Notes: a model not told the origin generated them from the letters alone. Positions 22,748 to 36,805 are shown, counted from the first letter of the whole stretch. The stretch: 63,899 nucleotides of DNA, filler included, from Octopus bimaculoides (GCF_001194135.2; 9 parts of 9 records of this genome joined end to end with filler, not necessarily neighbours in it), one strand, 5' to 3'. A program made the numbers and translations.

Positions 22748-23286
22748 CTCACAATACAATAAAGAGTGGTGGTAGTGGCACTGGTGCTTGTGGTGCTCTG
22801 ATTGCAGTGGCAGTGGTGATGGTAGTGGCAGTGCTTGTGGTGGTGGAGATAGTTCTTGCAATAATTGTGATAATGGCAGTTGCAGTTGTGGTGATGATGG
22901 TGATGATGATGGAGGTGGTATGGTGGGATCAATTAGCACAACACATCCCCAGCCCTTTACTATCAGGGGGCCCATTTTGCTAAATCAATAATTCTCCATG
23001 AGACCTTGCCTGATTTTTTTTTTCAGTTTTTTAATAGCTCAATAAAATAAAAATAAAACAAGACACCTTTAGCATTTCATAATTTTCTTGGGAAAATATT
23101 CCACAACTCTTTTAAAGTAAATATTATGTTGTAGTCCTTATGTGGCCATAAGGTCATATTAAAAGGCAATCTTTATCTCCAACTTAGCATGAAATGTCTT
23201 GTTAGAACATTCATACTGATACATGGTACATAAAAGCATGCATATTATATCACTGGAAAATGAGAGTAAGTCTGCTGGTTATTTAC

Positions 23287-23440
23287 AACATCAGTGCTTG
23301 AAAATCCACTGAGATTCTGTATATTGTTAGAAGTGAAATTTAGCTGGTATGGTGCGAGTGGATGGCTATCACTGAAGATATGCAGTATGTTGAAATCACA
23401 TGATCTGGCTGTTCTTGCACTCATAATAGACAATTCTTCT
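23287..23440 (-). CDS. Unnamed minus-strand gene, candidate exon (EELSIMSARTARSCDFNILHIFSDSHPLAPYQLNFTSNNIQNLSGFSSTDV)
   Basis: tatcattggcag|A...GATGTT|gtaaat; 51 open codons of non-repetitive sequence; its phase 0 end fits the 22747 acceptor. Confidence 0.4.
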
Positions 23441-24099
23441 CTGCCAATGATATAAACACCTATGCTTTTATGTGCTATGCATGCAAATGAGAGGTCCTCT
23501 TAAAGTGAATAATAAAATATTTAGCATTCCAACAAAACATCCATGTTAAGTTGGAGATAAAGATTACCTTCTGGTATTAATACTGCTTTTGTCACTAATA
23601 ATTATGGTTATATTATAAAGCATAACCCAAGAGCATTTGTATATTATATTAAATATTTGAACAGTAAAATATTTTGTCTTTGTGGTTCTTTTAAATTCAT
23701 ACCATGATGCATTGGGTGGTAACAACTGATTTAGTCAGCCTGTAGTAATATTAAAACAACATTAATAAAATATGAAATATGATGCCACTAATGATGTTAA
23801 TTAGGATAGTGTTTTCTAAAAATCTTCATTAGTAAGAGAATATTTTAAATTGTTGCTCTATATTATACATGTTAGCAGTGTTGTGAATTGAAGGCGTGGA
23901 TTTTGTTAATTCTCCAGCCTATCGATAAATTCAAGCAATCTGCTGTCATTGTTATTAAGCTGCTTCTTCTATATTTTTTGTTTTGTTTTGTTTTTTTTCT
24001 TTGACAGATAGTAAAAAGTTCAGTATTGCTAGATTTAATTGTTATATAATGACTGATTTTAATGGAGTCATTCATATTTGTCTTTGCTCTTTGTTCTTT

Positions 24100-24960
24100 C
24101 TTTAAGTTCTGGGAGAGAGGAGGAGAGAGAAGGAAAGAGGAAGAGAGAGAGAAAGAAAAAGAGAGAGAAAGAGAGAGAGAGGATGTGTGTGTGAAAGGGA
24201 GTTAAGGAGAGGGAGAGGAATGAAGAAGGGAATAAAGGAGAGTGAATGAAAGTAAAGGAGGGAGAAAAGAAAGAAAAATATGTAAAAGAGTGAGGAGAAA
24301 ATGAATGAGAGTAAATGAGAGACAAGAAACGAGGGAAAAGAGAAGTGGATAAAGAAGAGAGGAGAAAGAAAGAGAGAGTGAAAAGGAGTAAAAGAGGAAG
24401 GAAGAAGAGGAGAGAGGAAGAGTGAAGGAGAATGAAGGTGGGAGGAGGGAAAAGAAGGAGGTAAAAGAGAGAGAGAATAAAATGAAAGGGGACAAAGGAG
24501 AAAGTAGAGAGGAAGGAGAGAGGGAAGAGGGAGGGAAAGGGAAAAAGGGTGAGAAGAAAGAAATAAAAGAGGTGGAACAAGAGAAAAGGAGAGAGAGAGA
24601 AGGGAAGGAGAAAGGGACAAGGGGAAAGAGTAAAGGAAACAGTAGAAAGAAGGCAGAGAAAAGAGAGAGGAAGGAGGAAAGAAAGGAAAAAGAGACAGAG
24701 GGTGAGGGAAAGAGAATAAAAGGGAGAGAAAGAGAAATAAAAGAGGGAGAGATAAGAGTGACGTTGAATGAATGAGTGAGAGGAGAGATAATAAAAAGAA
24801 GTAAAAGGAAAAGGAGAATAAGAGAAAAAGAGAAGAGAGAGGGGAAGGGAATGAAGGAGGCAGCAGAACGTAAAGAGAACAGAATAAGAGAGGGAATGAA
24901 GTATACAGTAGAAGAGAGAAAGAAAGTAAAAGAGAGAGAGAGAGAGAGATGGGGGATAGC
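24100..24960. repeat. Long purine-rich (GA/GAA/GGA) tract
   Basis: About 860 nt that is almost exclusively A/G on the plus strand; overlapping ORFs are low-complexity artefacts. Confidence 0.9.
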
Positions 24961-25244
24961 AAACCTTCCATTTTACTCATTGTTTTACTTGCTTCTATAA
25001 TTTCTGTAGCCATTGGAACTGATGGGTTTTTTTTTTTTTCCCCCATTGTTTCCATCACAGGGAATTTCTGACATGTCCGTCTCCTCCTTGCTTGATTTCC
25101 ATGACAGAAGAAGAACAGAAGGGGCTTTTATACTGTAGAGAAAAACCCTGGTATTTTGTCCCTTTAAGTGGAACAGAAATTGGCCTAATAAATTCCTGCA
25201 AAGTTTTTCCTACTTAAAGAGTAATTATCCTGCTGTGATTGCTA

Positions 25245-25249
<5 letters not shown>

Positions 25250-25330
<81 letters not shown>
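25250..25330. repeat. Compound (TAG)n(CAG)n microsatellite
   Basis: Direct reading. Confidence 0.95.
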
Positions 25331-26779
25331 ATTGTTGTTGTAGTTGACGTTGCTATTGTTGTTTATTTTTATCTTTTACCTTTTACTTGTTTCACTCATT
25401 AGACTGTGGCCATTCACTCATTAGACTGTGAGGTAATGCCTTGAAGAATTTTTAGATGAATGAATCAACTCCAGTACTTAATTCTTTTTTGTTTTGGTTT
25501 GCAAGCCTGGTACTTATTTTATTGGTTTCTTTTTCCAAACCACCGAGTTACAGAGATGTATCGCCCACCGGTTGTCAAGTGGTGGCGGGGGGACAAACAA
25601 GCACAAAGATACACATGTGTATGAGCCTAGATGGAACAGGGACAACTGATGAAGGGATATACTCTTTATGTTGTATGTCTCGTTTCTCTATTTGTTTTTT
25701 CATTGTTTGAAAAAAAGTTTGTTTTCTGTTTTCGCTTCTTATTGTGTTTAACATTTTTTTGATGTCCTGTACCCGTATATGCATGTATGTATACATATAG
25801 ATGTAGGTATGTACATATATGTATGGATATATGCATATATTTATATATTATTTATTTATACATTTATATATAGATAATANNNNNNNNNNNNNNNNNNNNN
25901 NNNNNNNNNNNNNNNNNNNNNNNNNNNNNNNNNNNNNNNNNNNNNNNNNNNNNNNNNNNNNNNNNNNNNNNNNNNNNNNNNNNNNNNNNNNNNNNNNNNN
26001 NNNNNNNNNNNNNNNNNNNNNNNNNNNNNNNNNNNNNNNNNNNNNNNNNNNNNNNNNNNNNNNATATACACACATATATATGTGTTGTGTATGTGTGTAT
26101 ATATATATATATAATATATATGTATGTATGTATATGTATATAGCTAAGACAATAGAGTATGATTTGAAGGAGATTTCATTGCCGTTTCTAGTAGGATGAG
26201 TAACCACGTAGTGACTGATATTGACACATATTATGAAAGTTTGCGAAGATATGATAATTTCCATTGATCTAGCAATTATTAATATTAATAAAGACAGGGC
26301 AATGAGTACAATAGACTCTCTTATCCAATAAATATATTCATTAATAACGAGTGATCCTATATTGCAAAACAAAGATTAAATATATTAAAAAAAAGCCATA
26401 ATAAATTTGATAAAAATCATTCTAAATTTAATAATGTCTTAATTGGAGATCAATGTAGTAACACATTAATTTCATTGTAACACCTGAAAACAAGGCCATC
26501 TTCAGTGTATTGCAAATAATATAAAGGACATCTGAAAAAAAAGCCAAACCCCACTCACTCTTGTAAAATATAATTTATACAAATAATATATAAATTGATA
26601 TATATATATAAGAAAATTAGTGTTTTATTGATGGTGAAGAAGATAATAATATTAACAATTATAACAACAATAAATTTGGTGAAAATATCTGGGAAAATCA
26701 TTCAGTTCTTATAAGATAACTTTAAAAGTATTTACTTCAAAGTAGAAAATAAAATTAAAAATTATTTTATCATATATAT

Positions 26780-27160
26780 GTGAGAGAGGGGAGGAAAAGA
26801 GAGAGAGGGAAAGTGGGAGGAGGAAGAGAGTAAGGATGGGAAGGGAGTGAGAGACAGAGTCAGGAAAAGAGTGAGGGAGAGAATGAAAGAGAGAAAGAGA
26901 AAGGAGAAGGGATAGATTGGAGTGGAAAAAGAAAGAAGAGAGAGGGTGAAAGAGAAGAGAAAGGAGAGAGCATTTGGGAGAAAGGTGTAAGAGAAAGTTA
27001 GAGAGAGTAAGAGAATGAGTGAAAGAAAGCGAGGAAGAAAGGAGAAAGAATGAAAGAGAGAAGGAAAGGAAGAGTGAGAGAAAGAATGAGAAAGAAAGAA
27101 AGAGAGCAAAAGAAAGATAGGAAGAGAGTGCGAATGAGAGAAACAGAGAGACAGATAGAC
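26780..27160. repeat. Purine-rich GA tract
   Basis: Direct reading. Confidence 0.9.
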
Positions 27161-27738
27161 AGACTGAGATCAATCTTACAGTTTCCTCAAGAACAGAAAC
27201 AACACGTGAATGAATAATGAGAAATGCAAGAATATAAATAAAAAAGTGAAGAATAAAGCTTAGCAAAATATTGCTAAGAAATTCCTATGAAAAGTTAAAA
27301 CGAGAAAAGACCAAAGACAAAAACCAAAAGAAAAATGGAAAAAAATAGAAATAAGAAAAAAAAATCACAAAATGTCAGATATAATCGTACAAAGCAAACT
27401 TTACGACATGGGAGCAAATGTTTGGGAATCTTACTAGTAAGTCAATAGTGTAAGTGAAGATCTATGCTTCTTTTTACAATATTTGTGAAGATTAAGTGTC
27501 ACCAGAGCAAAAACAGCAGCTACTACACCAACAACAACAACAATGATAACAAAAGAAAGACTGCTGAAACAAAGCAAACGGAAGCAATAGATTTTGATGC
27601 TGGAATGAATGTCAAGGTTTTTACTGCCACAATTTCCTGGCAAGCTCTTTAAATTTCACGTCCCCGTTGGTTGCACTCATGCAACCAACTTTGATCTTGG
27701 AACCAGAAGCACAAACAATACTCTGAAGTATATACATG

Positions 27739-27797
<59 letters not shown>

Positions 27798-29136
27798 GTA
27801 TGTGTGTGTGTGTGTGTGTGTGTGTCTGTAGGTATATATTATACAAAAAAAAGGGGAAAGAAAAAAGAAAAGAAATCAAATCAAGCAAGCTAAAATTAAA
27901 CCCCAAACATTTCCTTTTGAGAGTTTTCTTCTGCAACTGATTGGACAAGGTAAACAGAAAGAAAGCCACTGAAAATATTGATAGTAGCCATGAAAGTGTA
28001 TGAAAGTTGATCTCTGAATGACACAAGAAATGCCAATGTAGGAGTTAAGAATGGCACTAAAGCAATTTCCCAAATTTATCTCTGCTAGAGTTGTTAACTC
28101 TTTTCAGAAAAAATACCAATCCTTTTCTAAATAATATAATTTCCTTTCTGGTGGAACTAAAATGAATTTCTTCTTTTTTTCCCTTCTTTTTGAATTATAA
28201 TGGAATTTCATTTTAATTGATACGTAACCAAATTGAAGAATTAGTCTCTGAATGCCAGGTATGACCATGGGTGAGGATTAAGAAATTCACATGGTACACA
28301 TTACTTTCGATCGTATTTGACCACACAGCACAACATCCTGGGGAAATGTCTTCTTCTACAAGCCATGGGTTGTACTGGGATTTGGTTGACAGAAATGGTG
28401 CAGAAGCCCAAAATATATACATACATGCAAACATATATCTATCTGTCTATATGTATGTGCGTGTATTTTTTATTTTTCATTATCTACTAATGTCATCAAA
28501 AGTTTAATGCTAAACTGGCTTTTCTTAGAATATATTACTTCTTGATGTTCATTCTGTATGCGTTTGTCTATTGGAGATATTTTCTTAACTTACATTGAAT
28601 TCAATCAATTTTGAATTGCCTTGAAAACATTGTTTTAGTAAATATTTTTGTACATATTAATTTGACTGATGTTTTATACCTTTTTTATGTATCTAAATAT
28701 TCTGGCACAATAGAAACGACCGCTGGTAATGTATGATGTAATCACCATTTAAAGATGTGATTTTCCCCATCTTTATTCTTGCTGTGCTATATACATAACA
28801 TATAGTATAATTATAAACTATGTTATGTATATAATTATAAACGGCGAAATTTAACCATTTCTCCACAGACTGAAAAAGAAATGATAAACAACGTTAATCA
28901 ATTTTCAAACTTTGTTGGATTCTCATCAGACGCATCTACATCATTTTGACAATCTCCAGACAGCTAGCCAGCCAAATTGCTTATGTATTCAACAAAAGCA
29001 GTAGTTACTCTATGAAGGACTCCCTAATTTGCATACCAAATGTGTTTAACACTATAAATACCAGTGGCCTGTCAACGGGGATCTTAGTCCACACAGTATC
29101 AAGGTATGATAATAATATATATATGTAATATGTATG

Positions 29137-29193
<57 letters not shown>

Positions 29194-29293
29194 NNNNNNN
29201 NNNNNNNNNNNNNNNNNNNNNNNNNNNNNNNNNNNNNTTAATTAATTAANNNNNNNNNNNNNNNNNNNNNNNNNNNNNNNNNNNNNNNNNNNN

Positions 29294-29346
<53 letters not shown>

Positions 29347-31331
29347 TACATATACACACACACATATATACATATAAATATTTGTAGATGCATGTGCATA
29401 TTCATAATTTTTTGTATGATTTGTATATATATATATATATATATACAAATCATCACATAATTATAAATATGCATATGCATCTACAAATATTTATATATAT
29501 ATATTTTAAATGCGTATTAAATATACATACATAAGCACATACATATAGCTGGAAAAACTACAACTAACAAGGAGACAGACTGAAAGACTAAAAAGAACGC
29601 TAATGATAAACACATACATATACTAACTACATACATACATACATACAAACATACATACATACATACATACATACATACATACTTACATGCATACATACAT
29701 ACATACTTACTTACATGCATATATACATACATATACGCATTCGCGCACACACACACACAGAGTAACTTAGGTAAAGCAGAAATTCGATATCTCTGGGAGA
29801 GTAATAAAACTGCTGTTATGAAATACTAGATCGTTGCACGTTTACATATTACTCTGCAAATGTCTAAACATGATGCATACATGATTATATACATGTGTGT
29901 ATAAATGTGCGTACATATGAGCTTATATGTATTTACCCCCTCCCCAACACACACATACACAAATATATATATAAATCTATCATACTTGTAAAAGTTTAAT
30001 AAGCATGTACTCTACTAAAAATATTGAGTAATCTTTTCCGATTAATATTTAATTGCGTTATATATAACTCCACATAGAAGTATATATNNNNNNNNNNNNN
30101 NNNNNNNNNNNNNNNNNNNNNNNNNNNNNNNNNNNNNNNNNNNNNNNNNNNNNNNNNNNNNNNNNNNNNNNNNNNNNNNNNNNNNNNNNNNNNNNNNNNN
30201 NNNNNNNNNNNNNNNNNNNNNNNNNNNNNNNNNNNNNNNNNNNNNNNNNNNNNNNNNNNNNNNNNNNNNNNNNNNNNNNNNNNNNNNNNNNNNNNNNNNN
30301 NNNNNNNNNNNNNNNNNNNNNNNNNNNNNNNNNNNNNNNNNNNNNNNNNNNNNNNNNNNNNNNNNNNNNNNNNNNNNNNNNNNNNNNNNNNNNNNNNNNN
30401 NNNNNNNNNNNNNNNNNNNNNNNNNNNNNNNNNNNNNNNNNNNNNNNNNNNNNNNNNNNNNNNNNNNNNNNNNNNNNNNNNNNNNNNNNNNNNNNNNNNN
30501 NNNNNNNNNNNNNNNNNNNNNNNNNNNNNNNNNNNNTATATATATATATATATATATATATATGTAATAAAGGAGTTACGACGCAAAAACGTATATCTTC
30601 AAATGAACATATTTATCTTCTTCAATATATATTTCAGTATAAAGAATTCATTAAGCGACTTAATAAATCAAAATTTCTTTACACATCTTCAGGAATAAAT
30701 ATAACACCAGAAAAACTACATTCGGTTTTAAAATACAACCCGTTCATGGCGAAAAAATTTCACAATTTGAAGTTTTAGCAAAAAGAACGCTATTACCTAC
30801 ATGCGCGCATCCGAGTGTGCGCCCGTACACATATACTCCCTGGTGAGCAGCAAAAATTTTTTACAACATTTTTTGTAATAACGAATATCTTAACCACAAA
30901 TTTAAAAAAAATCTAATACAAGCAATAAAATATTGCTATCAAAGTGTAAATATATGTGTAAGGGGGGATGTATATATGCATGTGCGTGAATATACGCACA
31001 CATACACACGCGCGCACGGTTTGTGGGCAGTGTAAAATTTAACGTTTCTTAGCTCTGACCCTTCGTCAGAGAATAGGAAATGAGAAGAAAAACTGACGTT
31101 GAGGGGTACTTCTGGTGAGAAAACGATGGGCTAAGACAAGCGGTATGTGTAAGAGTGTGGGACGCTTATGAGAGAAGAGCCAAAAGTTGGACATGAATGT
31201 ATTTAGACAACCATTGATAGAGATGTAGCTTCAGATGAAGGAGAAGGGAAAATTTGACGTTATAGGGGCATACGCCTTATAGCAGAATGTGGTGGGGGAT
31301 GTGAGCATAAAGGCAAAATACATACATGCAA

Positions 31332-31364
<33 letters not shown>

Positions 31365-31685
31365 TATATTTATGCATACATACATATGCACACGCGTGCA
31401 TTTATACGTACTCACAAGCGCATATATCCAAGCAGCACACGCTCGCACGCAAACACACACACACACACACACACAAACAGCACTCATAAACATTCATACA
31501 TTTCTTCAATTCCAGCTCTACAAATAAACTATGCCAATCTTTTGAACTTAGCACATTTTATATGGGGACATCGGAACTGATTCATTTGAATATGTGATAT
31601 AACATCATACGTTTTATTTTACTCCAGTTAGCCTCTTTCCAGCGTCCAGCACCAACAAGTTAACAACCGGTTCGCTACTTCATAT

Positions 31686-31727
<42 letters not shown>

Positions 31728-31778
31728 GCTTCTGTCTGTCTGTCTCTCTCTTTCTCTCTCACTCTTTCTGTCTGTCTG

Positions 31779-31851
<73 letters not shown>

Positions 31852-31862
31852 ATTTATCTATT

Positions 31863-31893
<31 letters not shown>

Positions 31894-32794
31894 CTCCCCC
31901 CTCCCCCTCCCCCCTCTCTCTCTCTCTCACCTCAGTAATTAATCGCGTTGAGATCTTAATACTTTATGGTAATTTTTTCGATCTTTTCTACATTTTATTT
32001 TCTATATAAAAACAATAATGAAATTTCGCTAACTGGGTTGTTTATTACTATTCACGTTTCTTCAATGTTTCAAGTTTGTTCTTTCGTGAAAATAGCTGAA
32101 AATGTTGGTGTTGGAGCAATGAAAAGTTTCCGGTGTCAATTGTGTGACATTCGGCAATTGAGAACTGATTTAAAGTTAGGTAACGAATAGAGATATGTTC
32201 GGTAAGGGATGGTGGGGGCATGTAGCCACCGAAATGTTCACTTTGACCTTTCCACAGGATGACATTAATAAAATGTTATTGTCTTCCTAAAGGCGAAATG
32301 ATCGTTATCCCGATTAACCTAGAATTATTATGTCCTTTGAATATTAAGTAATATTGTTCAATGGCTAGAAATACGAGAGAAATATGATACATATCAGCTC
32401 TAGTTCTTTGTAATACGACCACTGAAAATAAGTACAAAATAGCAGTCACTGTCAAAATACAGCCAAGTAATGTATTGCTCGTCACAATATGTAAGTCAGC
32501 TCTTACTTCACTAATTTATTGCTGCGTTGATTCACAGGTCAAGTTTCTCTGTACACATAACAGATTTATAAAAGATATACTACTGACTGAAATAAAGCAG
32601 CAGACATAATCCTCATTCGAAAACTGCTGTACTCTATAAACACTGTTACATATGAATGTGTTTTTGAATAAATATTTGAATTGATAAATATATTTGTCAA
32701 TATTTATTTCTGTTGATAAACCAGTCATTCAGACTCTAACTTTTCTTATTTTTTCATTTAATTTGACTGAAAAGTTTCAGCTTGTTGCTTTTAC

Positions 32795-32935
32795 TTAGTA
32801 ATCTCTTTGACTTTCTGGTCACATTCGGAATGATGTTGTATGTTACAAGTGCCAATACTACCTATATTTCCAGAATCAACTTGTACTAATTCTCTTTCAA
32901 TTCCACATTTGGTATCTGACTGTAAACATTTCAAA
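32795..32935 (-). CDS. Candidate exon (LKCLQSDTKCGIERELVQVDSGNIGSIGTCNIQHHSECDQKVKEIT), possibly a 5' exon of the unnamed gene
   Basis: Long pyrimidine tract actttcctacttattag| and donor ACTAA|gtaaaa; 46 open codons. Linkage to the 16-23 kb exons is not established. Confidence 0.3.
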
Positions 32936-33922
32936 CTAATAAGTAGGAAAGTAAATGTGTTATTGAAGAAGGAAGCAAGCAAGATATAACTGAAAAAACG
33001 TCAGGTTCATAACATTAATTAAAAACACCGTTAGACATTCTGGCCAAAGTATTAACAAGAAAGTTAGCGAAAGGCCTTGGCAGCAATATCGAAGCTGCAA
33101 ATACTTGTACAATACTGAATCGTTCCACCAGATATCTTTTATATCTATTCTCATATTCATATAGACGTCCAGGTCTTAATCTGATTTCGGTGTTATTCTG
33201 TTCTATTTGACTTTCCCACTGTAGAGCATCCAGTTGATGGCCGGTTTGTATGCGTGACTCTCTATCACAGTTGTTTAACATAGCATACATGGTTCAGCGG
33301 ATATGTTATTTACGTCATTTTCGAACATGTCTTTCGAGTTTGTATTGTAGTATTCCGTATCAGATGCAGAGTGATAAAAACTAAATGCGGTCACTATATT
33401 TAGCCAAGTTAAGAATATTATCGTTATAGATTATTAGTTTGACAGCTAGATTACTGATGCTTATTACCTGCTCTTATAGTAGATATTAATATCTACTATA
33501 AATGTTAAACTAATGGCTCTATAATATGTTCTGTCCATACTCTTTTCTTTATTTATACGTTTTGCAATCTGTCCAGGCCATTATTAGGGAATTATCTTAT
33601 TCTTACCTTTTTATCTAGCATATGATTATCCTTAATTTTCTTTTTGTTGCATCGGTGCATTTTTACAATACAATCTCATTCTTTTATTCTTTTATTCTTT
33701 TACTTGTTTCAGTCATTTGACTGCGGCCATGCTGGAGCACCGCCTTGAAGGGTTTTAGTCGAACAGAANNNNNNNNNNNNNNNNNNNNNNNNNNNNNNNN
33801 NNNNNNNNNNNNNNNNNNNNNNNNNNNNNNNNNNNNNNNNNNNNNNNNNNNNNNNNNNNNNNNNNNNNNNNNNNNNNNNNNNNNNNNNNNNNNNNNNNNN
33901 NNNNNNNNNNNNNNNNNNNNNN

Positions 33923-34341
33923 CTCATTCTTTTATTCTTTTATTCTTTTACTTGTTTCAGTCATTTGACTGCGGCCATGCTGGAGCACCGCCTTGAAGGG
34001 TTTTAGTCGAACAGAACAAGCCCAGGACTTATTGCTTAAGCCTAATATTTATTCTATCGGTGTCTTTTGCCGAACCGCTAAGTTAAAGGGACGCAAACAT
34101 ACCAACACCGGTTGTCAAACGGTAATGATGGAGACAAACACAGGCACAAAAACACACACACATAGATATATACCTACATATACGACAGGCTTCTTTCAGT
34201 TTCCGTCTACCAAATCCACTTACAAGGCTTTGGCTGACCCCAGGTGATAGTAGAAACACTTGCCCAAGTTGCCACGCAGTGGGACTGAACCCGGAAGCTG
34301 TGGTTGGGAAGCAACCTTCTTACCACAGAGCCACACCTGCG
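33923..34341 (-). mobile_element. Family A composite SINE, well preserved
   Basis: Complete head, microsatellite and tail with CpGs retained; its 3' part is duplicated across the gap at 33685-33768. Confidence 0.9.
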
Positions 34342-34484
34342 TCTCATGTATATATTTCTCTTGTAAATTTGTGTACTGTCTGTATAAGCAGTATTTCTGG
34401 ATGCTCGTCTTCTGCAATATACAACTTGAGATTGTCCGTGCATAAGAAATGGTTCAGGGTCCTCCCATATCATTCTATCAAATG

Positions 34485-34700
34485 GTGAATCGACAGAATC
34501 GTGAGCGCTTCGGATAAAATGCTTAGCAGCATTTCTCCCGGACTTTTTACGTTCTGAGTTCAAATCCCGCCGAGTTGAATATTGCCTTTCATCCTTTCGG
34601 GGATGATAAAATAAACACCAGTTGAATACTGAGGTCAGTGTAATCGTCTTACGCCTCCCTTTAAAATTGCTGGACTTGTACCAAAAATTGGAAAGAAGTA
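34485..34700 (+). mobile_element. Family B SINE
   Basis: TTCTGAGTTCAAATCCCGCCGAG...GCCTTTCATCCTTTCGGGGATGATAAAATAA. Confidence 0.85.
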
Positions 34701-35014
34701 TTGTTATTATATGTTTTCACTGCACCGAGTCCAGCTCACTTTATATTGGATACAGACATTGAACAACGTTCTCAATGCATACACTTTACTGGCAATATAC
34801 GAGTTATACGCACTCACACGCGCGCACACATACACGCACGCACACACACACATACACGTGGATGCGTGGCGTTCAATTAAATTATAATATCTATCTATAT
34901 ATATATATATATATNNNNNNNNNNNNNNNNNNNNNNNNNNNNNNNNNNNNNNNNNNNNTTAATTAATTAANNNNNNNNNNNNNNNNNNNNNNNNNNNNNN
35001 NNNNNNNNNNNNNN

Positions 35015-35072
<58 letters not shown>

Positions 35073-35570
35073 AATATATTTTATATATTCATATGCATAT
35101 GTATACAGTAGACGCGAAACAAATGCTATTCATGATCAATATGTATAAGTTTAAAATCGTCCAATGGAAAATTCCTCTGAATTTCCAATCGTTCCTCGCT
35201 CTATCACAACTTCTGGTTCCGTTGTAAAGTGTTCTGCAAGCAGAATTTCACGAGATTAGTTTTATCGTAATTCTATCTTAGTTATAAATATTCATCTATC
35301 GACAAAATAATAATCTGTTTTAATAAATGCATCAAAATATATCTCTCTTTTGCTTCATAAACAAGTTTACATATAGTTGTTCGTGTGTGTGTGTGTTTGT
35401 GTGTGTAGTGCCTTATACGGAAATAACTTGGTGGCTACCACTACAGACTACGCGTGCATATTTTATAGATCCACATAGTTGTGATGAATGGTATATACTA
35501 AACGTCTCTCTCTCTCTTTCTCTGCCTTTCTATCTCTCTCACGCTCTCTGTCTTTCTCTCTCTTTCTCTA

Positions 35571-35601
<31 letters not shown>

Positions 35602-36805
35602 TACATACACACGCACACAACACATTCTAATTTAAACGCTGTAAGCAATAGTTTTCCCATCGCTATATTTTATTACACACACACACACGTACATGCATTC
35701 GTAGTTTTCCCCAACTACATAGTTTCGGGTTCAGCCCCACCGTGTGGCAGCTTGGGCAGGTGTCTTTTACTATAGCTCTATGGCGACTGGAAACTCGTGA
35801 CTGGATTTGAGAGACGGAAACCAAAAGAAGCCAGTCGTATATATATATATATATATNNNNNNNNNNNNNNNNNNNNNNNNNNNNNNNNNNNNNNNNNNNN
35901 NNNNNNNNNNNNNNNNNNNNNNNNNNNNNNNNNNNNNNNNNNNNNNNNNNNNNNNNNNNNNNNNNNNNNNNNNNNNNNNNNNNNNNNNNNNNATATATAT
36001 ACACATATATATATATACTTAATTCAATCCGATTGACCCGAATACATTCAGTTCTGTCAAACGTTTAACAAAAATTATGCTCACTCATGCAAACAGCAGG
36101 GGAGATAGAGAGGAGGAGGAGGAGGAACAGAGAGGGGTGTGTAGAAACAGAAGGGGTGGAAGAGGAGAGGAATAGAAGAGGAGGGAGAGAGAGAGAAGGG
36201 AGGGGAAGTGAAAGTGAGGGAGAGAGAAGGGTGAGTAAGAGAGTAAGTCAGCGTCAAGTCAGTGACGCCAAATAAACGGCGCCAATGCAGTTGCGCCAAA
36301 ACGTACCAAGACTATGAGTATCTTAGTTTCCAAACTTTTGTAGCTGCACAAATCTATAAACATAATTAAGAATGGTGGCTGATTCTCTAGTTTTGCAATA
36401 CGAGATGTTTTCATTTTGATTTTAATCTTCTTCTAGCCTCAAGATATGAAGAAGACAGCAGTTTATACACCAAGATGTTCCAACAATTTTAGGTAAGTCA
36501 AAAGAATTTTTAAATAAAGAATTCAATTGATTTCTCCACCAGAAAATTGGATAACGTTGGTAAAATTCAGATGATGCTGTTATTGTTGTTGTTGTTGTTG
36601 CTTATGTCATTCAATGAACGGAAATTGAACGATGAAATACATTTTCTGTATTTTCCACTTTGATAATACGATTTCTTTAACTATGAAATAACCATTTCTC
36701 GTGCATAATGGGGACAGCAAACCCCACTGTTTTATTTTGCGTAACTGTCTAATTCGGTGAACGTACATTTTCAATACATGCAATTAGATTACATCCAGGC
36801 AAAGC

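Noticed and set aside
27625-27724. Minus-strand exon candidate SIVCASGSKIKVGCMSATNGDVKFKELARKLWQ*
   Set aside because: Plausible acceptor, but it ends in a stop with only weak internal donors and could not be phased into the gene model; left unannotated.
28940-29103. Exon candidates on either strand (plus RIYIILTISRQ..., minus ...PLVFIVLNTF|gtatgc)
   Set aside because: Splice signals exist but no consistent join to other exons could be made.
30638-30778. ttcag|TATAAAG exon beginning YK as MALSU1 exon 3
   Set aside because: The peptide YKEFIKRLNKSKFL... lacks the EG...W...D motif and would require the gene to span the whole convergent gene.
33685-34020. Two adjacent identical SINE tails
   Set aside because: Identical sequence either side of a gap; probably one copy represented twice.
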